Part shown: one piece after another, positions 1-12,350 of the stretch | How the letters are laid out: the number at the start of each line of letters is the position of its first letter | How positions within the stretch are numbered: the stretch's first letter is position 1 | Assembly (NCBI RefSeq): GCF_000400465.1 | Contig: NW_008806276.1 | Coordinates: 20,001 to 82,000, forward strand | DNA: 62,000 bases | Direction: 5' to 3' | From: Wallemia ichthyophaga EXF-994 | Taxonomy: Eukaryota; Fungi; Basidiomycota | The notes under the pieces: model-generated | Told to the model about the DNA's origin: nothing | Seen by the model: only the letters and a program-made list of their open reading frames with translations | Databases searched by the model: none | Made by a program: the position numbers and the translations under genes

Positions 1-2080
1 TTCATCTTTTATATTTTGTGTGATTCAGCGAAATAAAATTCGATATCACCAGAAAAAAATATGCTGCATCGATTAAAGCAAGAACGCCATGAATCGCACC
101 TAAAACCTTATTGTAAGAGACGATGTTATAGAAAATGGATTCATTACAGTCATCGGTACTGAGACATGAAGGCGGTCAATTGCTAGTGCTTAGGGACTTA
201 AATTATTTACATCTTTAGCTGAGGTTATAAAGTATGCTTGTGGTTTTGTTGGTGGATGTAATGATAAGTGAGATTGCACATACGTTAAAGGTATCTGCGA
301 TGCTGCTTGTGAGTAGTGTCAAAAAGCCGCGAGAGCATGCCGTAGATTACTAAAAATTGTTCTGGTATTCAGACTAGATTTCTTCAGATTTACTATATGA
401 GAGCGCGTACACTAAATTACATTGGCCGCGTATGGTGAGTGAAATCCTGAAAATGTTTGTGCAGAATACATCTTATGCGTCGCAAAAGCACCTCAAATGT
501 TTTATATGCTATGAGGTTTTGATATGCACATGTCTTCGCATAAATTTATTACACGGCGATTAGTCAGAGTGTCCCAATCGTTTGTTTAGTTTATCGAGTG
601 TACATCTAACCTTGACTGGTTATCAATCAGATATAATATTAAACATGCCCTTAATAACCTGTGTGCGTATGACCTAGTGGTCAAGCGGCCCAACTCATTT
701 CACGGGCCTATTTGAGACATCCAAATTTTCCCTTGAACAACAAGTAATCAGCTAGCAGAAATCCTCGATCATGTTGAATGAATCAACTAGAGTCATAACT
801 AGCTCAGTGTAAGGTATACGCAATCTACAAATGACATAAAAAAAAAGTATTAGTAACGGCATGTTTGTCAAGCGTTTGGCGATGCAGAAAACCGCCTCAG
901 TAAGCTCGGGCTGAGTATTGGCAAATTAAACAACGAATATTTTGAAAAATACTTCAGCAAATCTTCAGACAGTTACACACGATCACTCTCGAACAAAGTA
1001 CAGGCCAAGGAAGAGAAAGTCGATAGAGGCTTTGAAAAGACAAAGCAGCTTCTATTTAGCTAGTATGGTACCTCAAAAAATACTGATAGTCTAAAGGTCG
1101 TAATGTACAACAGCGTTACCGATAAATCCGACCAAACAGCCCTATCTTCAGTGGCTATCGACAAGCCCCAAATGTGGTTCTTGAGAAAAAGCGAAATGAG
1201 CTTCTCAAAGCTGCGTTTAGTTTGATTAATTTCGAGGGCGCATCTGAATACGTCGTCGACATATACATAAGAGCGTGGGCAAGGTATCTTTCAAAACAGG
1301 GTATAGGTGGCGTTTATGCACCTGTTTGTCGAGTCAAGGCTCTCTCAAAAGACTAACGGCCATAAAAATAAAGAGAATATTATGTTACGACAGGGTGATC
1401 GCGCATTTGTACAAAGTGTGTCTAAGATTTGCCAACATAGCTTAGATGGTTAAATAACCCCGTGTGTGTCTGCTCAACAAGCTGGCTATATCAAGGTGAG
1501 TAAGTAGTAAGACTCGAGCGATCGAAAAATGTAAATCACCTGTATAGAGCCGAATAAATGAGAATTCGGGTGCTTGAAGCGTCTATCGCTTAGTAACGTT
1601 GGTTTTTGTCGACAGACTAAGCCAAGTCTTCCGTATCTATCCTATAGAGTGCTCCAGGCTGATGTCGGATTGCATTCTCCAAAAAGCGTGTAGAGCGCAG
1701 TTGGAGCCTCAGAAATATAATTCTGGCGAAATGTTGTAGAGCTTATTCAGGGCTGTTTTCCCAAACTTTTTTATTTGGAGATGATCAAACCTCGTAAATC
1801 AGCCATAGTATGTCCATTGGTATGTTGATATGCGCGGTTAATAAGATCTTAAGTACGCGTCAAGCGACTTGAGATATAATGAGTGCTAGGACTATGCAAC
1901 AGACAATACATCAGCGTCTACAATCACATCACAGACGCGGCTTAGTAGCGCTCTTTGTGATTACAGCAGCGGCAACTTTTAAGAAGCGGGATTGAAATAA
2001 CATCAAACAAGCAAATCCCAATTATTTAATTAAACGCTCATTCCTAATCTCATTTCTCGTCTCCTCTATCACAAACTGCC

Positions 2081-4659
2081 ATGGCGATTACAGTGACGCC
2101 TCTTGCAGGCTCTGGGAGGGCGACGAGCGGGGAAATGAAAACCAGCGAGCCGCTTTGCTACCTGATGGAGATGGATGGCGCGCGGATATTGCTTGACTGT
2201 GGGAGCAGAGATTGGGAGGCTAATGCGAACCCGGAATTTGGATACGAGCGGGCGTTGAAGGAGTGAGTGGGGATTGCACGCATTCTAAAGGCTAACAGAC
2301 CGCCCCCAGTATCGCCCCGACTGTCGACCTGGTGCTGATATCGCACGCCTCCACCAAACACAGCGGTCTGTACGCCTACGCATACACGCACTACGGGCTC
2401 ACCTGCCCAGCGTACTGCTCTCTGCCCGTCAAGGAGCTCGCCCGGCTGACGACGCTCGAGGATATCATCGGTTGGCGCAGCGAGAGGGAAATTACCGGGG
2501 AGAAGGCAAGCGAGTCTCCAGACGCAACAGACCAATCGCATTCGCCCCTCTTCGTTCCTACCAGAGAAGAAAACCGCTCAGCGTGGTCGGCAGTCAAGGA
2601 TGTGCGCTATCATCAACCACAGCATCTTTACGGCAAGCTACGCGGTGTGACGATAACGGCGTACTCCTCCGGCCACACGTTGGGAGGCACGCTCTGGAAG
2701 ATCCGCGCGCCCTCCGTCGGCACCATACTCTATGCAGTCGGGCTCAACCACATGAAAGAGCGCCATCTTGACGGCACAGCGCTGATACGCGGTGACCAGG
2801 GGGGTCTGAGCGTGCACGAGCAGCTAGTGCGGCCTGGACTCGTCATTACCGACAGCGAGCGCGGTGACTGCGTCAATGCCAAACGCAAGGACAGGGATGC
2901 AGCGCTGCTCGACTTGATCAACCGCACTCTCCAGAACAGCAACTCCGTCCTACTTCCATGTGACCCCACCACGCGTATCCTTGAGCTACTCGTCCTCCTC
3001 GACCAGCACTGGTCGTATATCCGCGACAAGCAGCCATCCTTCCGCGTCCCACTCTGTCTCATCAGCAACACGGGCAACGACATGCTCAAGTTCGTCCGCG
3101 GTCTGATGGAGTTCTTCGGCGGGGCTACTGCTGCTGGCGACAACACCCTGCGGCAGGGCAGGGGAGTATTAGAATTCAAAACACTCAATATATTCACCTC
3201 AGTTGACGCTCTCGAGGCGACCCACCCGAACACCCCGAAAGTCGTCCTTGCGGTGCCGCTTTCCATGTCTTATGGCAGTTCGCGTAGGCTGTTCAGCTCT
3301 TTTGCAAGCACGCCGGGCAACGCGGTAGTACTGACCAGTCGCGGGATGGCAGGGTCGCTTGCGCGCGACATATTCGACCGCTGGAATAGCCGCCAGGGCG
3401 ATTCGCAGTGGGGCAGCGGGAGGCTGGGCGCGATGGTACATGGTGATTGGCGGGTTAACATTACACAGCACTCGAAAATTCCTCTGCTGGGCCAGGAGCT
3501 GGAGGCGCACCAGGCGAACGAGCGTCTCGCGCGCGAGCAAGAGGCAGCCAAACAGGCTGCAGATTCGCGACGCCGCAGGATGATGGAAGCGGATGCCCAG
3601 GAGGCGGACGAGGAGGAGGAGGAGGACGATGAGGACGACGATAAGGACTCAGACAAGGAGGATCAGAAGGAGGAGGAGGTGCAGCAGGTCAGCTTCGATA
3701 TCTTCCTCAAGGGTCACTCGACCCGCGGTGCAACCTCCTTCTTCAAGACCGCGCAGGGTTCCGCACCGCGCTTCAGGATGTTCCCTTTTAACGATACGAA
3801 AAGAAAAATGGATAGCTACGGTGAGGTGATTGATGCTGATAGTTGGGTGAGCCGGGGTAAGGAGATGGAGCGCCAGGCTATCGAAAGGGATCAGGAGCAC
3901 GAAGCTAAACGGAGGAAGATGGAGGAGGAGGCAGACGCGACTCCCATAGAGCCACCCTCAAAATACATAAGCGAGCAAGTGGAAGTAGATGTGCGATGTC
4001 AGATCATGTACGTCGATCTTGAAGGTCTTAACGACAGCAGGGCGATCAAGAATATAATGCCCCGTCTCAACCCGCGCAAGATGATTCTCGTAGGGGGTTC
4101 TCACTCTTCATCCCACTCGCTTATCGGTGCATTCGATGCCATATCGGCCATGACCAAGGATATATACGTGCCTGCTATGGGCGAAACGGTAACGATTGGC
4201 GAGCACACGCACAGTTACACGTTCACTCTCGGGGACAGCCTCGTTAATAGCGTGCATATGGCTCCATTCGAAGATTTTGTCGTAGGTCACGCCATCGGCA
4301 CGATGAAATACCATGAAGAGGCCCTCGTGCCGACTTTCGAAGAAGCAGATGCGCGTGCTGCACAGGACAACTCACGCGCATTGCCCACATCTCTCTTTAT
4401 CGGCGACATGAAATTGACAGCTCTCAAAGCCAAGCTGGTGGGGCTGGGAATGAGTGCTGAGTTTGGTGGAGAGGGTGTGCTGATATGCTGGAATGACAAG
4501 GATGGTGCTGAGGATAATGCAGACGGTGCAGTGGCCGTGTCGAAGAATACCAACGGTGAACTCAACATTACGTCTAGTTTGATAGGTGATGGTGACATAT
4601 ACTACACGGTACGCGAGGCTGTGTACGGGATGCATGCTGTGATACCGACGCCAGCATAA
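2081..4659 (+). CDS. CFT2: Cleavage and polyadenylation specificity factor subunit 2 (CPSF100), inactive metallo-beta-lactamase/beta-CASP fold; 2 exons
   Basis: Exon 1 (MAITVTPL...ILLDCG) joins via intron 2263-2309 (GTGAGT...GCTAAC...CAG) to the 775-aa ORF. Degenerate MBL motif LISHASTKHSG instead of HxHxDH, plus SSGHTLGGTLWKI, FRMFPF/YGEVID and VDLEGLNDSRAIKNIMPRLNPRKMILVGG, typical of CPSF100. Confidence 0.93.
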
Positions 4660-4745
4660 CACGAGAAGAAAAAGAAAAAGAGTATTGTAGATTATTTAAG
4701 GGTATTTCAAAAGTGTATTTCAAATACCACCACATCACACTCCAT

Positions 4746-5658
4746 ATGGAAGGAAAACTGCAACAATACCCTAATCCAAACAAGTCGCCAAATCTAGGAC
4801 CGCTTCCTATGTTCTTGAGCGGCGACAAGGCGTCTGCACAAGTGGTGGTGTTTGTAGCGGGGCTGACGAACACGCTACTGAGTGTGCCATACGTCGCGCC
4901 ACTGAGCGAAGCACTGGAGAGAGAAGGCTGGGGGCTGTGCCAGCTGTTAACCAGCTCTTCAGGCTACGGCTTTGCGCATGGTTCACTAGACCGGGATGTG
5001 CGAGAGATATCGAGTGCGCTGGGCGAGCTGCGCAAGCTTGGGTGGGTGTGGATTGTATTAAGAGGGGTGCATAGCAGCTCACGCTCGCCACAGCAAGCAA
5101 AAGATAGTGCTTATGGGCCACAGCACAGGCTCACAGGATGTGGTGCACTACCTTACCGCCGACGGACAGCGTGAGCGTGTAGACGGCTGTATTGCTCAGG
5201 CTCCCGTCAGCGATAGAGAGGGGATTGACGATGGTATAAGGTCGCATATCCCCCTCGCTCTGCAGATGATGAAAGAGGGGAGGGCTGATGAGGCTATGCC
5301 GCGCGATAGCTGCAGCTGGTTCGCTACACCTATCACAGCTTATCGCTTCCACTCCCTCTTTGCAGAAGGTGGCCAAGATGATTACTTCACTAGCACTCTC
5401 CCGGATGATGCGTTTGAGCGCGTGTTCAGTAGACTGAAAGCACCATTGGCTCTCATTTTCAGCGGCGCTGATCAGTTTGTGCCCGCTAGCGTGGATAAGG
5501 AAGCGCTCGCGAGGCGTATGCAGAGTTGTGGCGGCGAGAAAATCAGAGTAAGCACAGTCGTACCAGATGCCAAGCATGACTATCAGGGGGGCATGGATGG
5601 CAGCAGGCCGACACTAAAACTAATTGAGGTGGTTTTGGAGTTTTTAAAGGGCTGTTAA
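4746..5658 (+). CDS. DUF1749-family alpha/beta hydrolase; 2 exons
   Basis: VVVFVAGLTNTLLSVPYV...LSEAL...GWGLCQ; intron ~5042-5092 restores KIVLMGHSTGSQD (nucleophile elbow G-H-S-T-G); DGCIAQAPVSDRE and LIFSGADQFVP are typical of this fungal family. Confidence 0.8.
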
Positions 5659-5694
5659 CATATAGAATGCATGTTAGTTTTCTACAAAACACTT

Positions 5695-6519
5695 CTACTC
5701 TTGTTTTACACCACCCTGATTACCCCTCCCACTCCACCACACAGCCCACGCAGCTTGGATGGCAGCTAACGGCGGACAAAGCCACTGGAGAAGATACCAA
5801 TAGCGCGTCCTGGCGCACCACTCACTCACCACGCCATCCACCTCTCTATACGTCTCCTCCCTGCTGCTATCGTTGTGCACCACCTGATCAGCCATATCGA
5901 CCTTGACGTCGATGGGGAGCTGTGCGGCTATCTTCTTCTGTGCATCGTGCTCGCTGATGCCATCTCTCTGCATGAGTCTGTGCAGCTGAACATCTTGAGA
6001 AGAATAAACCAGTGTCCTCACCCCCACGTAACGATGCAGATTGGCTTCAAAGAGGAGGGGCACATCGAGCACGACGACACGCGACAGACTCGCATAAGCC
6101 TTGAGCACCTGATGAGCTGAGCGGTAAGCAGTGCACTCGTTTCACAGCGCTCACCCACCTCCCACGCTGTCCGCTTGAGTATTTCCGGGTGGAGAACACT
6201 CTCTATCCACTTCTTCTCGGCCTTGTCGTCGAAAAGGATACGCGCGAGTGCTGGGCGGTTAAGAGTGTGTTGATTGGATGGCTCATCCCATTTCAACACT
6301 CTGTCGCCGTAGCGGTCGGCTATGCTGCGCAGAGCTGGGGTGTTTGGCTCAACGACCTGCCTGGCAACGCTATCTAAATCAATCACTCGCAGCTTGTGCT
6401 CCTCTCTTAGTCGCTGCGTCACTGTCGATTTACCCGTGCTGTGTGGACTGTTGAGTCGTTGTTATAAACTGCGCACTCCAGACACACGCTATTCCGCCAG
6501 TTAATCCAACGACTAGCAT
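5695..6519 (-). CDS. CAB5: Dephospho-CoA kinase (CoaE family); 3 exons
   Basis: Hidden first exon MLVVGLTGGIA (ATG 6519) splices to TGKSTV, giving P-loop GLTGGIATGKST; VIDLDSVARQVV, LNRPALARILF, VVVLDVPLLFE, RLMQRDG, AQLPIDVK; C-terminal hydrophobic tail. Confidence 0.93.
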
Positions 6520-6795
6520 CAACATAGTCAGCTGTGTCTGATGCTATGATGCTATCCCATTCACCCACCCAGCATCCTGATTGTACAAAGTCAAGAAATC
6601 TCAAACCAACGAGTCACACGATTCAAACTACATCTAATTCTCGTTTGTACTTTATCAATCGGTCAATGTGTAAAAAGAAAGCTCGGTGAAAAATTAGGGG
6701 AAAAAGTGGAAAGTGAAAAAGTCAAAGTGAAGAAATCCATTTGGTATATCTTGTATTACTCTAGCAACTATCCAAGTTGCTGTTTTTATTGGTGT

Positions 6796-7928
6796 TTACT
6801 GTGCCATCTGTGCATTTATCAATGACGATTTCCTCTTATCCACGTCCTCCTGCACTCCGTACAAAGACAATCTCTTATTAAATTGAGACAGCGAATCAGC
6901 AAAATCGTCAGCATGGCTCGTCAGCCCGAGCACCTCCTTAGGACACACCCCTTCCATGCCCTTAGCCAAGTGGTGGATGGAGCACCAACCATCATCCCAC
7001 TCCCTGACAATATGCACCTTATCGCCTGGTATGAGCATAATCTCATCTGGCAGACTAGGAACGAACTGCGTAGTAGCGGTAGCTTCTCGTCCTTGCGTGA
7101 TTGAAATCTGTGAGTTAGTTAGTTGGTTGGTGATGCTTTTCGAACAACTCTGCCACCCACCGGCATTGGTATGTAGGCAGATGAACGCTCTACCGTATTG
7201 TCTAAAGGCGTTGGCGAAGTTATCTCCTCTGGTATGACGGGTCCACCGCCGAAACTTGCATTTGATTGTCCAACAAGGCCGCGATCGCCAGTGAATTGCA
7301 TCCTAGAACCCCTCTGCAGAGTCTTCTCCTGCCTCTTGCGCTTCTTGAAGATTACCAGGCTGATTAACACGAGGATGGCTATGAATGCGGCTATTCCAAC
7401 GCATATACCCGCTATGCTGCCGCCAGAGAGGCTATCAGAGGAGTCTTCGATGTTAGCTGTGTTGTCGGGGGTGGAAAGTGATGTGTTTTCTGGTGAAATC
7501 GTTTCTGAGGGGGTTGTATTTGATGGGGATGTGTTCGATGATGATTTGTTTGATGGTGATACGCTCGGTGAAGTTTCTGGAGAATTTTGATTGCTTTCTG
7601 TGGTATTATCCTCTTGTTCGGTTGAATTTGCGTTTGCGACTGGATTTTGCGTATCTTGAGTATCTTGAGTATCTTGAGTATCTTGTGTGTTTGGTGTATC
7701 TTGTGTATCTGGCGTATCTTGTATGTTCAGTGTATCTGGTGTATCTGGTGTACCTTGTACATCTTGGGCACCCTGCGCACCTTGCGTTACTTGGGCAACA
7801 GGAGGAGGACTGTCTGCAGTAGGTGAAGCAGTGGGAAGAATATTCGCAGGAATTCCACGCCTAATCATCCTCGACGCCTTCCTCTCCCGCCCGTGGTTAT
7901 GGTAATGATTGTGAATTGAACTCTGCAT
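6796..7928 (-). CDS. Single-pass membrane protein with S/T/D/Q-rich N-terminus and C-terminal SH3 domain; 2 exons
   Basis: TM IAGICVGIAAFIAILVLISLVIF followed by KKRKR; after an intron ending ~7109 the frame reads TQFVPSLPDEIMLIPGDKVHIVREWDDGWC...EGVCPKEVL (SH3 signature). Confidence 0.78.
7651..7785. repeat. Degenerate 9-bp tandem repeat (GTATCTTGA-like) encoding (TQD/TPD)n
   Basis: gtatcttga x3 exact, then ~10 degenerate units; translates on minus as QGAQGAQDVQGTPDTPDT...TQDTQDTQDTQ. Confidence 0.85.
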
Positions 7929-8115
7929 AAACGAGCGTATATTGTAATGTAACTATTTAATTGAATATCGTCCCGCGTTATTCAATCCTTTTTCTTTTTT
8001 TTTTCGTTTTCCCCGTTGGTTGCTCTCCTCAAACCACCTCGCCGCGTGCGAGCCTCAGTTTCACTTTAACGTCAGTGCATTCCTCGCTGAAAAGTATTTT
8101 ATTTATTTAATCTGT

Positions 8116-11100
8116 TTACATATTTACTGCTACGTATTTATTGCGTGCTGCTTTCTTCCCTTTTCGTTGTATTGGTTGTGTTGGTTGTGGTGCATTTGGT
8201 GTAGGTGGTGTTCCAGCAGGTGTTCCAGCGGGTGTTCCAGTAATTGCCGTACTTAGTGGTCGTGGTGGTGGCGGCGGCATTACACCCGCTCCACTCCCAC
8301 TCCCACTCTCTCCCTTAAGATCCATACTCACGCTGTTTTTCAGCGCACTCGCTCCCCGCGTCCCAGCCAATCCCGGCGACACAGTGCTAGAGCGTGGAGG
8401 TGGCGGTGGCATCCTAGGCGACGCAGCAGTCCCACCTTCACTCCCACTCTCATTCGCCTTATTCACCCAGCGCTTCTGATCAGGATCGTAGTAAAACGAA
8501 GACTGCTCACCCAGCTTTGCCTTTACTGGCCCTCCTCCTTGGTTTGTATTCTGCTCATCCTTCTTCCACCACCTGCTCAGCCAACTCGATGAAACTGATT
8601 GTTTGAGTTCTGTTGGGTTCGTTAGTATGGTGTGCTGGTCAATAACTCTCTTTACACACCTGGTCGCTTCTCCTGCCTTCCCTTGCTCTCTTTATTTTCT
8701 CCCTCTTTCTCCATCTTCTCATCCATCCGAGGCGTGCTGGCGGGAGTCGTCGAGCGCGAAAACCACCCCGACTTCTCTTGTTTACCGGGTGCAGGTGCAG
8801 GTGGTGGTGGCGGTGGAGGTTGATATGTTGCCGCAGTTTTCTCTTCTTCTCCATGATGCCCCTCATTATCCTTCTCTCTCATCTCTTTCGCTTTCTTGGT
8901 CGAACTGTTGCCGAAACCGAGGTCATCTTCCAATTCATCCGCCTCGTCTATTTCATCAATTACGCGAGGACTGATGTACGCATTTGCATTTGAATTCTCT
9001 GTCGTCGTTGTCGGGATTGGAACATCCATCGAATCCATAAGCGAGACGAAATTTCCTCCCTCACTTTCATCCAGTTCTTCAGGCGCATTAAAGTCTTCAC
9101 TCGCACTTGTCGAATGACCGAATGGCGATGTTATAGCTGGTTGAGCAGGTGGTGGTGGGGGTTGAGAGTGTGATGAAGGGGGCTGGGGGTGAGGCTTTAG
9201 CTGCGACTGTGATTGTGATTGTGACTGTTGCTGCGCTGGTGAAACATTCCGCACTGGTTGAGCAAGTGGTGGTGGTGGTGGTGGTTGCATTTGCGCAGGA
9301 GGCGGAGGTGGGGGTGGTTGCATCTGTTGAGTGGCAGGATGTGGTTGCATTGACGTTTGCAGCGGCATTTGCACATTCTGCAAATCTTTACCAAGCATCT
9401 CTCCATCTTGTGCCACCCCAACCCCATTAAATTCATCGCTAAAGGGCGGCGTTACAGCTGCACGAGTAAAGCCCTCTCTATCTTCACCCTCCATTGGTGA
9501 AGGAAGGTCGCGCAGGAGGTTGTGCATGTTACCTAGCCCGTTGGCGATGGTATTGGCATTGGCAGTGGCCACACCACCTAATCCACCCATTGCACTCGCA
9601 GCTCGAGGTTGTCCAAGCGCACTGCGTGCACCGGCTGCACCGCTAGCAATGCCAGGAGTGAGGTATGACGGGCTGTGTGAGGCGCGTCTATCGAGCAAGC
9701 TCATACCCTCACTCATACCCGCACCCGCGTTTTCACCAGCAGCATTACTATAATTGGGTAAATCAAAAGCCGAGACTGCGCGACTGAGTCGACCGTTCGT
9801 CGAAGACTCGTCTATGCTGGTAAACGTAGCGAAGGGGTCATCCTGGGTAGTTTTCTGTGCGTGCGTTGTTATAGCATTCTCGCCCTCTTCGTCATTCCCA
9901 GCTATAAATTTGGTCAGCTTCCCCTCCATGCTATTCCACAATGTGTCTAGAGAAGGACGAGCTATTTTCTTTGTTAGCCACGATTTGTCCGCTGTGTGCA
10001 GATGCGCTGCTAGTCTGTCGCTCAGTTCCTTTAGCTGGATATAAATGTTGGGGTGGTATTGGAGTTGCTTGGACATTTTGATAGATGTTGCTATTGCTTC
10101 ACAGTACCTGCGATTAGTAGTAGTCAGCTGGTGCATCTCGCCTTTAGCTACATCATGTATCACCTACCTATTCGCATCATGAAGTCGACCAGCTTCGGCG
10201 AGATGCCAAGCATGTACGAGTTTGTAAATCTGCAAGTGTGGCATACCGCTGTACTCGCCGCGCTTCACATGCGCCTTCATATGCGGATTGAGGCTGAGAG
10301 CGTACTCGAGAATCTCGCTCATTTCGCACGACTCGTCTGAGTAAGCGTTATGTGCGCACCCCACCAAATTGAGACGCACTTTGTCCACACTCTGCGCAAG
10401 TATGTAGACCGTGTGCGCGCCATCCACTTCACCCACCTCCGCAAGCCTGTCACCTAGCTCGGACAGCGCGTGTTGTGCATCGCTATTGTCTAGATTGGAG
10501 ACGAGCGTCGCGGCCGTCGCGCTCCAGTTGCGCGTGTCACTCGGTGTGTTTGTGCTCCTGAGCGTACCTGCAAAGAGACCGTATGCAACGCGCAAGCTGT
10601 CCCAGTTTTTGGTGTTGTGGGTGCTGCCTGTGTTATCGTTGCCACTGCCACTGCTGCTTGGCAACTCATACGCTATCAACGCACTCACAACCTCCGACCA
10701 CAGCTGTCTGTCGACGCATGAAGAAATGAGCAGAGCATGCGACCATAGCTTGTGCTCGAGTGCATACATGACCGCTTCGCGCTTGGCCCCCTTCACGAGG
10801 AATTGTTGGATTGCACCGAGATGGCCCGTCGTCGTGCAGTACGTCGCTACAATGTCCGCACTGTCTTCAACAGCATAGGGGGTCTGCGATGACGGGAAAG
10901 GCTTCATGTGTGGGGACGTCTCGTCGGCAGGCACAGTGATTTGGAGACCAGATGGAGCGCGTTTGTGGGAGTGCGCGTTAATGTCGTCCGAGATGAGTGC
11001 ATCACGTATTTCTTCACTTTGGCGGGAGCTCAAAATACCATCATGGATGAGCATTACCCTAAGCACCTTCAGCAGAGCCATTTTCGGATACGTTGCTCCA

Positions 11101-12308
11101 GTGCTTATCTTGTTATCGAGGTATCGCAGAACTTGGGACTTGGTGGTATGGGAATTGCCCAAGAGTGGGCCTGGGAATGGTGGTGAGAGGTCTGGGGGTA
11201 GTACGCTGGCCAATTCGGCAATGTTGACAGTAGACGGAGTTGGCTGAGACATGCCCAATGTTGAGGGAGTGAAGGGTGATGCTATGGGAGTTGAGGGGTT
11301 GTGGATAACCAGTTTGCCACCAAAACCGAAAGAGACTATTGGGGCGTTTGAGAAGGTGTCTTGGGTGGGGTGGGGTGTTTGACAGTTAGATCGTGGCTCA
11401 TACTGTTGTTGATTGGTCGCAAGACTTGGATCATACTGCTGTTGAACAGGTACGGCTGCTGGTGAAAGAGCAGGAGCAGGAGTAGTGTAAGCAGAGTGTT
11501 GTTCAGAATACAAATCAGACTGTTGCTCAGAGCCCCGCTCGGCAATCTGCCCAGAAAATTGCTCATAAAGTTGCTCGGGCTGTTGAGTGATTGCTGGTGG
11601 GGAGTAGATGGACTGAGGGTGCACAGGTGGGGCAGTTGGAGCTGCTGGTGGTGGTGGAGAGTATCCTGATTGTTTTGGCGGTGGCTGCGTAGGCGTGGAA
11701 TAGAGTGATTGTACTGGGGGTTGTTGAGTGGCTTGCTGAGTGGCATGTTGAGTGGTTTGAGTGGCTTGTTGAGCAGGTGGAACGTATACTGATTGCTCTG
11801 AGTATAATGGCTGCTCTGAGTACGCTGGTTGCTCTGGATAAGCTGGTTGCTGTTGAGCCGTAAGATAATGCTCCTGCGTTGGCTGTTGATAGAGATAAGA
11901 TGGCGTATACTGTGGTTGCTGTTGCTGCTGTTGCTGCTGATACTCCTCCTGCTGCCATGGATCATCTACACCAACGAGCTGCTCAAAAGGCTCCTGAGTT
12001 TGTTCAAGGTCATTATCCCCATTATTCCCTTGAAAATAAGCAGAATCGGCTAGAAATTGGTCATGGTGGGTAGAATTAAAGGGTATGTCATCGTGAAGAG
12101 GTGCATCTCCACGCATCTCTGGTTCATCTTTATGCATCTCTAATCCGTCTTCGCGTATCTCTTTATCAAAATGAAAATCGAAATCATCTGGATACCAGTA
12201 AACCCAATTGCCTGCGTCATCAAAGTAGCCGTAGCCGTAGTCCTTTAGATAAAGTACACCATCTGGAATAAAGAAATTAGCAGATTTAGGAGAAGCGGGG
12301 ATGTTCAT
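8116..12308 (-). CDS. SEC16: COPII coat assembly protein Sec16; 3 exons
   Basis: [55 protein letters not shown] spliced (intron ~10104-10163) to ANRYCEAI; C-terminal exon [28 protein letters not shown] and [11 protein letters not shown]. Exact start is uncertain. Confidence 0.92.
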
Positions 12309-12350
12309 CGATGATGGTGGTTTGGGATCAACCCTTAAGACGCTACTTCC

